From an uncultured Robinsoniella sp. (GTDB lineage Bacteria; Bacillota; Clostridia; Lachnospirales; Lachnospiraceae): a DNA stretch of 64,000 bases. The DNA is taken from NCBI RefSeq assembly GCF_900539655.1, contig NZ_UQCR01000009.1; one strand, 5' to 3'. Position numbers and translations under genes: made by a program. The notes under the pieces are model-generated. The model was not told where the DNA came from, ran no database searches, and saw nothing but the letters and a program-made list of their open reading frames with translations. Positions 57,843 to 64,000 of this stretch are shown here, one piece after another (positions within the stretch are counted from its first letter, which is position 1; the number at the start of each line of letters is the position of its first letter).

Positions 57843-57933
57843 ACATTTTCCTCCTCGCAAAACACTTCCATGCATATATATCATTTACATTAAGCATAAT
57901 ATACCATTTTTTCAAAAATAGCAACTATTTCTT

Positions 57934-60000
57934 CTATAAGTTGATACGGACAAAGCCTGAAAGCATGTATTCCTGGAGCTTTTTATCTAAATAACCGTAC
58001 TTTGGTATTTGGGACAATTCTCCCTGATCCAGAATATTCTGTGCCGCCTCACTTGCCTTTTGCAGGATGGATGCATCCGTAAACACATCCCCGATTTTAA
58101 ACTCCAGCAGACCGCTTTGGCGCACTCCGAATACATCTCCCGGTCCACGGAGTTTTAAATCTTCACTGGCGATAAAAAAGCCATCGTTGGATTTATTCAG
58201 GATTTCCAGACGCTCCTTTACTTTTTTGCTGTCTGACGCCCGCACCATAATACAGTAAGACTGATATTGTCCCCGTCCTACCCTTCCACGAAGCTGGTGA
58301 AGCTGTGCCAGACCGAAGCGCTCTGCATTTTCTATCATCATTACAGTGGCATTTGGAACATTTACACCAACCTCCACCACGGTAGTGGAAACCAGTACAT
58401 CAATTTCGTGATTCAAAAAACGTTCCATAATGCTGTTCTTTTCTTTCGGCTTCATCTTCCCATGAAGATATTCAATCTGAATATCTCCATCCAGTGCCGC
58501 TCTCAGCCGCTCGGTATACTCAATGACATTTTCAGCCTCGATCGTCTCGCTCTCTTCAACCATGGGACAGATGATATAAGCCTGGCGCCCTGCTTCAACT
58601 TCATTTTGAATAAAAGCATATGCTTTTGGACGATATCTGGTATCTACCACGCAGTTTTTAATTGGCAGCCGGTTAGCCGGAAGTTCGTCAATCACGGAGA
58701 CATCCAGATCTCCGTACAGAATTACAGCTAATGTCCGGGGAATCGGCGTAGCACTCATAACCAGCACATGGGGAAATTCTCCCTTTTCAGAAAGCGCCTC
58801 CCTCTGCCGCACGCCAAACCGGTGCTGCTCATCGGTAATCACAAGTGCCAGATTCTTGTAATTCACTTTTTCCTGAATCAGAGCATGAGTACCAATGATG
58901 ATATCTGCCAGCCCTATTTCTATTTTATCATATGCCGCCCTTTTTTCTTTTGCCGTCATGGACCCGGTTAAAAGAACCGTTTTAAAGTCCAGCTGTTGTT
59001 CCTTTAGCAGTTCGGTTATAGATTCAAAGTGCTGTACCGCCAATACTTCCGTAGGTACCATTAAAGAACCCTGATATCCATTCTCCGCCGCCATAATCAA
59101 TGCCAGAATGGCAAGTATGGTTTTCCCGGAACCAACATCTCCCTGAACCAGTCTTGCCATTACCTTTGGACTTAACAGATCTTTCTCTATTTCTTTCCAT
59201 ACCTTTGCCTGTGCCCCGGTGAGTGAAAATTGAAGATTCCCAATGATTTGATCCGTCAACGGCGTTTTCTGCATATGAAAATTGTGGTACAGATCTTGCG
59301 TACTGTCTTTCAAACGGCGCAGTGCCAGGATAAACAAAAAGAATTCATCAAATACAAGGCGGTTTCTGGCTAGCATTACATCATGCATGTCTTTTGGAAA
59401 ATGTATCTGTTCTATAGCATAGTGAAATTCAGCCAGATGATATTCATTTCTGATTTCTTCCGGAAGATAGTCATGATAGCCTTCCAAAAGGGGAAGTGCC
59501 TGACGCACCGCTTTGGTAATCATATTATTGGTAAGCCCTGGAACCAGAGTATAAACCGGCTGCATCACATGCAGCATTTCCTGGTATTGATCTACACGAA
59601 AAACAGCAGGTTGTTCCATTAACAACTGCTGTTCTTTGCGTGAAATCTTCCCACGGAATATATATTTACTTCCCCTTTTCAGGGTATTTTTTAAATAGGG
59701 CATGTTGAACCAGGTCAGGCGGATCGTTCCTCCGCTGTCGTCCCTGATAACGGTGTTGGTAATCTGCAGCCGCCTGACTCTCTTCACATCCAGCGTCTGC
59801 ACTACCGTACCATAAACTGCTGCTGATATATCATCATCCGAGATCTCAGATACCTGAACGATTTTTTCATAGGTATCATAATTTCTGGGATAATAATTCA
59901 GCAGATCATCAATTGTCTTAATCCCTGCTTTCTGAAATACCAGAACCGTTTTTTCTCCGATTCCTTTTAATTCCTGAATGGATGATTCCATATTCATCAT
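57934..60000 (-). CDS. recG: ATP-dependent DNA helicase RecG
   Basis: LVQGDVGSGKT, DEQHRFG, SATPIPRTL, QLHQLRGRVGRG. Confidence 0.97.
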   Translation of the reverse strand: MMNMESSIQELKGIGEKTVLVFQKAGIKTIDDLLNYYPRNYDTYEKIVQVSEISDDDISAAVYGTVVQTLDVKRVRRLQITNTVIRDDSGGTIRLTWFNMPYLKNTLKRGSKYIFRGKISRKEQQLLMEQPAVFRVDQYQEMLHVMQPVYTLVPGLTNNMITKAVRQALPLLEGYHDYLPEEIRNEYHLAEFHYAIEQIHFPKDMHDVMLARNRLVFDEFFLFILALRRLKDSTQDLYHNFHMQKTPLTDQIIGNLQFSLTGAQAKVWKEIEKDLLSPKVMARLVQGDVGSGKTILAILALIMAAENGYQGSLMVPTEVLAVQHFESITELLKEQQLDFKTVLLTGSMTAKEKRAAYDKIEIGLADIIIGTHALIQEKVNYKNLALVITDEQHRFGVRQREALSEKGEFPHVLVMSATPIPRTLAVILYGDLDVSVIDELPANRLPIKNCVVDTRYRPKAYAFIQNEVEAGRQAYIICPMVEESETIEAENVIEYTERLRAALDGDIQIEYLHGKMKPKEKNSIMERFLNHEIDVLVSTTVVEVGVNVPNATVMMIENAERFGLAQLHQLRGRVGRGQYQSYCIMVRASDSKKVKERLEILNKSNDGFFIASEDLKLRGPGDVFGVRQSGLLEFKIGDVFTDASILQKASEAAQNILDQGELSQIPKYGYLDKKLQEYMLSGFVRINL

Positions 60001-60010
60001 AAACCACCTG

Positions 60011-61693
60011 TTACTCTACTGAAATGACGTAATAATAAATCGGCTGGCCACCGGAGTAAACTTCCACATCACAATTCGGATATTTTTTGCGGAATTTATC
60101 TCCAAGCTCATTTGCCGCCTCTTCCGTCACCTCTTCTCCATAATAGATGCTGATTAATTCCGATTCATCATCCATCATAATCTCAACAGTCTCATTAGCC
60201 ACAGCATCCAGTTTTTCTCCAACTGCCAGAATGGAATGGTCTCCTATTCCCATAATATTGCCTTCTTTGATTTCTTTGTCATCAATATGGGTATCACGAA
60301 CCGCATAGGTAATCTGTCCGGTCTTCACATGCTGAATCTCTTCCACCATTGCTGCTTCATTTTCTTCCGGCGTTTTCTCCGGGATATAATTAATAATTGC
60401 TGTAATTCCCTGTGGCACGGTTTTGGTGGGAATTACAATAATTTTCTTGTCTTTTGTCAAAAGCTTCGCCTGGTTTGCAGCAAGAATAATATTTTTATTG
60501 TTCGGAAGGATATAAATAGTTTCTGCATTTACTTTTTCGATTGCATTTAACATATCTTCCGTACTGGGATTCATAGTCTGTCCGCCTTCAATGAGGTAAT
60601 CCACACCAAGCCCTTTAAATATTTCGCCAATTCCTTCTCCAATGGAGACTGAGATAAAGCCAGCTTCTTTTGGCGGTGCATCCGAAACTGCCTGTGCTTT
60701 TACCTGATCTTCTGCCTGTTGCTGCAACGCAAGCTTTTGTGCATCCTTGATCAGTTTCTCCTGGTGTTCTTCCCTCATATTGTCAATCTTCATGCGGGAT
60801 AACTCACCATAGGTTAATGCGCGGGAAATTGCCTTTCCAGGGTCATTGGTATGTACATGAACCTTGACAATATCCTCATCAGCTACTACAACAATAGAAT
60901 CACCTATAGATTCCAGGAATCCCTTAAACTCCATTTCCTGTTTATCCGATAATTCACTTTTTGTCATAATAATAAATTCCGTACAATAACCAAACTTAAT
61001 ATCTGCTTCTGCCTGAGGGGAAATCTTCGTTACACTTCCCTGAGCAGATGCTCCTTCAATCGTATAATCGATTTCTTTGCCAAGGAATCCGTCATATGCC
61101 CCTTTAAGCACCTGTACCAGTCCCTGTCCGCCGGAATCTACTACGCCGGCTTCTTTTAATACCGGCAGCATCTCCGGTGTCTGTGAAAGAACATACTCCG
61201 CATGCTCGATCACTTCTTTCAGAAACTGTTCCATACTGATATCCGTCTCTGCAAGCTCTGCGGCTTTCTGTGCAGCGCCTTTGGCTACCGTAAGAATCGT
61301 CCCTTCCTTAGGCTTCATAACGGCTTTATAAGCGGTTTCAACCGCTTTCTGGAATGCACCTGCCAAAATCTGAATATCAATTTCGTCATGCATTTTAATC
61401 CCTTTTGTAAAGCCACGAAACAGCTGTGACAGAATAACGCCCGAATTTCCCCTCGCTCCTCTTAAAGAACCGGAAGAAATTGCCTTCGCCAACACCTCCA
61501 TGTCAGGATCGGTAAGTGCCGCCACTTCTTTTGCCGCAGACATAATCGTCAATGTCATATTCGTTCCCGTATCTCCATCCGGAACAGGGAATACATTTAA
61601 TTCATTGATCCATTCTTTCTTAGACTCCAGATTTTTAGCACCCGCCAGAAACATCTTTGCACACAGACTGGCATTTATCGTATTTGTTACCAC
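60011..61693 (-). CDS. fakA: DAK2-domain protein (fatty acid kinase FakA/YloV)
   Basis: NELNVFPVPDGDTGTNM, GARGNSG, GYCTEF, GGQTMNPS. GTG start follows AAGGAGG. Confidence 0.9.
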   Translation of the reverse strand: MVTNTINASLCAKMFLAGAKNLESKKEWINELNVFPVPDGDTGTNMTLTIMSAAKEVAALTDPDMEVLAKAISSGSLRGARGNSGVILSQLFRGFTKGIKMHDEIDIQILAGAFQKAVETAYKAVMKPKEGTILTVAKGAAQKAAELAETDISMEQFLKEVIEHAEYVLSQTPEMLPVLKEAGVVDSGGQGLVQVLKGAYDGFLGKEIDYTIEGASAQGSVTKISPQAEADIKFGYCTEFIIMTKSELSDKQEMEFKGFLESIGDSIVVVADEDIVKVHVHTNDPGKAISRALTYGELSRMKIDNMREEHQEKLIKDAQKLALQQQAEDQVKAQAVSDAPPKEAGFISVSIGEGIGEIFKGLGVDYLIEGGQTMNPSTEDMLNAIEKVNAETIYILPNNKNIILAANQAKLLTKDKKIIVIPTKTVPQGITAIINYIPEKTPEENEAAMVEEIQHVKTGQITYAVRDTHIDDKEIKEGNIMGIGDHSILAVGEKLDAVANETVEIMMDDESELISIYYGEEVTEEAANELGDKFRKKYPNCDVEVYSGGQPIYYYVISVE

Positions 61694-61706
61694 AACAAGT
61701 TCCTCC

Positions 61707-62063
61707 TTAATCAATCGATCTTACGCCTTCAACGTAAACATTTATTTTTTCAATCTCCATGCCGGTAAATTCTTCTACCTTATACTTTACATTACTGAGT
61801 AAATTATCCGCAACGGCTGAAATGCTTACGCCATATGCCACAATCACATGAAAATCCAATGATATTTTATTTTCTTCTACCCGTACGTTAATCCCATGCT
61901 TCAGGCTTTCTTTTCTTAAGAGCTTTACCAAACCATCTTTCATATTAACAGCAGCCATACCTACGATACCAAAACATTCAACGGCAACACTGCCGGCATA
62001 AGTAGCGATTACATCAGTATCAATCAAGATAGAACCCAGATCTGTATCCATGCGTCCCTTCAT
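61707..62063 (-). CDS. Asp23/Gls24 family protein (YloU-like)
   Basis: ECFGIVGMA, VKYKVEEFTG, VNVYVEGV-like motif. Lies between rpmB and DAK2. Confidence 0.92.
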   Translation of the reverse strand: MKGRMDTDLGSILIDTDVIATYAGSVAVECFGIVGMAAVNMKDGLVKLLRKESLKHGINVRVEENKISLDFHVIVAYGVSISAVADNLLSNVKYKVEEFTGMEIEKINVYVEGVRSID

Positions 62064-62182
62064 ATCGTTACCTCCAACTTTTAAATTATAATATCTCTGC
62101 GTACATTATACCCTCTTTTCACACAAAATGAAATATTAATTTTAATTTTTAACAATTTATTTCATTATTTTTTATTTTTCAC

Positions 62183-62211
62183 TTGCAAAATATGGTGCCA
62201 TCTGATAGAAT
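62183..62211 (+). promoter_or_regulatory. SigA promoter of rpmB
   Basis: TTGCAA-N17-TAGAAT. Confidence 0.7.
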
Positions 62212-62365
62212 AACTAGTGTTGTGAGTCTATATCCAGTACAGGCTTGCGCAAATAATGAAGCGATACACAAGATAAGATCTTCTTGCCAACGTGTATTAT
62301 TTGATTATTTGTGGAATGCTGTGCAAGCGTGAGGACGAATATTAAAGTCAAGGAGGTGCTTATTC

Positions 62366-62551
62366 ATGGCTAAATGTGCTATTTGTGAAAAGGGTGCTCA
62401 TTTCGGAAACAATGTGAGTCATTCTCATAGAAGATCGAACAAAATGTGGAAATCTAACATCAAATCAGTTAAAGTAAAAGTTAACGGAGCTGCTAAGAAG
62501 ATGTATGTATGTACTTCTTGCTTAAGATCCGGTAAAGTTGAAAGAGCTTAG
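62366..62551 (+). CDS. rpmB: 50S ribosomal protein L28 (Cys-containing form)
   Basis: MAKCAICEK...GNNVSHS...VCTSCLRSGKV. Confidence 0.98.
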   Translation: MAKCAICEKGAHFGNNVSHSHRRSNKMWKSNIKSVKVKVNGAAKKMYVCTSCLRSGKVERA

Positions 62552-62558
62552 TTAGAGG

Positions 62559-62589
62559 GACCTCTCACCATCGGTTGAGAGGTTTTTTT
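62559..62589 (+). terminator. Intrinsic terminator of rpmB
   Basis: ACCTCTCA/TGAGAGGT stem followed by a T tract. Confidence 0.8.
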
Positions 62590-62621
62590 GCAGAAAACGA
62601 CTTCCTACACAACAAGCTAAG

Positions 62622-62660
62622 AGCCAGTCCCAATGCTGAAAACCGGCATTGGGACTGGCT
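62622..62660. terminator. Strong stem-loop, likely terminator of the convergent minus-strand unit
   Basis: Perfect 15-bp AGCCAGTCCCAATGC/GCATTGGGACTGGCT stem. Confidence 0.7.
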
Positions 62661-62802
62661 TATTTTAATCTATTCGCTTCACAGATTTACTTCACCGTTT
62701 TGATAAATTTCGTGCTGTCAGTCAGTATTAAGCGATGTCTCTATATATTATGGATCATTTCCAAATAGTCAAAAACCTTACTTCTCGTGCAAGTTTGAAA
62801 CC

Positions 62803-62940
62803 CTAACACATAAACAGGTTATATCCTATTAATAAGAGCACAAAAATTATCAGCACGGTTATAAAGGCGTTTGGCATGCACAAAGCTAAAAGCATCCCAA
62901 CTGCTATCCAAAACAGTGTATAACCAACAATCCGTTTCAT
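62803..62940 (-). CDS. Small two-TM membrane protein, 45 aa
   Basis: Not in the ORF track. AGGTGGA RBS. MKRIVGYTLFWIAVGMLLALCMPNAFITVLIIFVLLLIGYNLFMC*. Confidence 0.7.
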   Translation of the reverse strand: MKRIVGYTLFWIAVGMLLALCMPNAFITVLIIFVLLLIGYNLFMC

Positions 62941-63001
62941 AACCGTCCACCTGCATATCTCTTTTCTATATCATATGCAGGAACCATCGATTTAACACTT
63001 T

Positions 63002-63412
63002 TTATTCTTCTTCTGTGTCAGTTTCCGGTGCGCTTGTGTCTGATTTCTCAGAAGCAGCTGCAGCATCTGTGTCTGTCTTACCGGCTGCAAATTTATTTAC
63101 AAAATCAGGTACCATATCCAGTATCTTTGTAAGACCATCCTGATTCTTCACATTGACAAGCTTTGTGGTACCATTTTGAATCACAAGTACTGCACTGGGT
63201 GACATCTTACCGCCCATTGCGCCGCCGCCATTATTCTTGGCGTCTCCGGACAGGGCACCTGCCGCAACTCCAAATGAAACATCTACCAGTGGAAGAATTA
63301 TGGTATCACCTACTGACATTGCATCTCCCACTACAGTTTTTGTATTGATAAAGCTGTCCATCCCCTTGAATAATGAATCTACGGTTGTCTGAAAATTATT
63401 GTCTGAAGCCAT
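63002..63412 (-). CDS. gerW: GerW/YtfJ family sporulation protein
   Basis: TKTVVGD, IILPLVDVSFG, GGGAMGGKMSPSAVLVI. Confidence 0.88.
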   Translation of the reverse strand: MASDNNFQTTVDSLFKGMDSFINTKTVVGDAMSVGDTIILPLVDVSFGVAAGALSGDAKNNGGGAMGGKMSPSAVLVIQNGTTKLVNVKNQDGLTKILDMVPDFVNKFAAGKTDTDAAAASEKSDTSAPETDTEEE

Positions 63413-63425
63413 GTTTATTTCCTCC

Positions 63426-64000
63426 TTATTGTCTGATACGTTTTAGGAACTTTTTAGTATTTTTATCTTTAAAAATTTTCCATCCTGATTTCAGAAGATG
63501 GAGTGCACGTATATGCCCCCGAATCACTACATGACCCTCATAGATGGATTTATCAAAATCAGGATAAACCTGAATTTTGGTGGAATAAATCGGCAGAATC
63601 AGTCCTGCTATTCCCAGTATCTGCCCTGTTGTTGCCGGATCGCCGGTACCGAATCGAATATAACCTTTCGCATTCCTTGGCTTAAAATGCTTCAGCAGAT
63701 AGAAGAATTCTGTCCTGGAACTTCCAAACAGTAACTTCGTTTCTTCTGCACGGATGATTTCCAGATATTTATGCACCTGCCCTTTTAGATGGGTCAGTTT
63801 ATAAAGTATATTACGGACTTTCCCGGGAATTCCCTTTAGGATATTCCAAATCTTCTTTATCACATCCAGCACTTTGCCTATTACAGACTTCACTTTTGCG
63901 AAGATTGTGCTGCGCTGGTTTTTATCTGATCGCTCTGCATCCTCAGATTTATCTGTTTTATTTGTTTTATTTGTATTCTTAGACCGGCAATCATCCCCTG
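63426..64000 (-). CDS. DUF2953 (YtfI-like) protein, 5' end outside the window
   Basis: The frame stays open to the window edge. FGTGDPATTGQILG and VYPDF motifs. Upstream of gerW. Confidence 0.8.
   Translation of the reverse strand, partial: GDDCRSKNTNKTNKTDKSEDAERSDKNQRSTIFAKVKSVIGKVLDVIKKIWNILKGIPGKVRNILYKLTHLKGQVHKYLEIIRAEETKLLFGSSRTEFFYLLKHFKPRNAKGYIRFGTGDPATTGQILGIAGLILPIYSTKIQVYPDFDKSIYEGHVVIRGHIRALHLLKSGWKIFKDKNTKKFLKRIRQ

Noticed and set aside
57331..57921. 196-aa plus-strand hydrophobic ORF
   Set aside because: Antisense shadow of the low-complexity Ala/Lys-rich gene.

Overview
A 64 kb stretch of mostly core chromosome from a low-GC, spore-forming Clostridia-class bacterium; gene content and order are most consistent with Lachnospiraceae (inference). 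In order it holds: a preQ1-riboswitch/queT unit, a galacto-N-biose/lacto-N-biose locus (GH112 phosphorylase, sugar ABC transporter, AraC regulator), a MacB-type ABC exporter with a divergent two-component system, and the rplU-prp-rpmA-obgE-yhbY-nadD-yqeK-rsfS cluster. It continues with a radical SAM/RNase E/G cluster, two Na+/Pi cotransporter paralogs, a partial his operon, RNA-modification genes, sporulation genes, a complete phoPR-pstSCAB-phoU block and recG-DAK2-asp23-rpmB. I found no transposase, prophage, CRISPR array, rRNA or tRNA. The strongest unexplained observations are: (1) a PstA permease with a ~115-aa PDZ-like insertion; (2) a leader-peptide/membrane-uORF arrangement ending in an H-x-x-D-G-K-K motif upstream of a Na/Pi transporter; (3) a ~230-nt highly base-paired intergenic element at 8.5 kb; (4) a dispersed AGAGCGTGTTT inverted-repeat family, one copy of which supplies a gene's stop codon; (5) degenerate HisF-like and MgsA-like domains; and (6) small membrane ORFs missed by the ORF track. 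All calls were made by eye from motifs and context, with no database searches.
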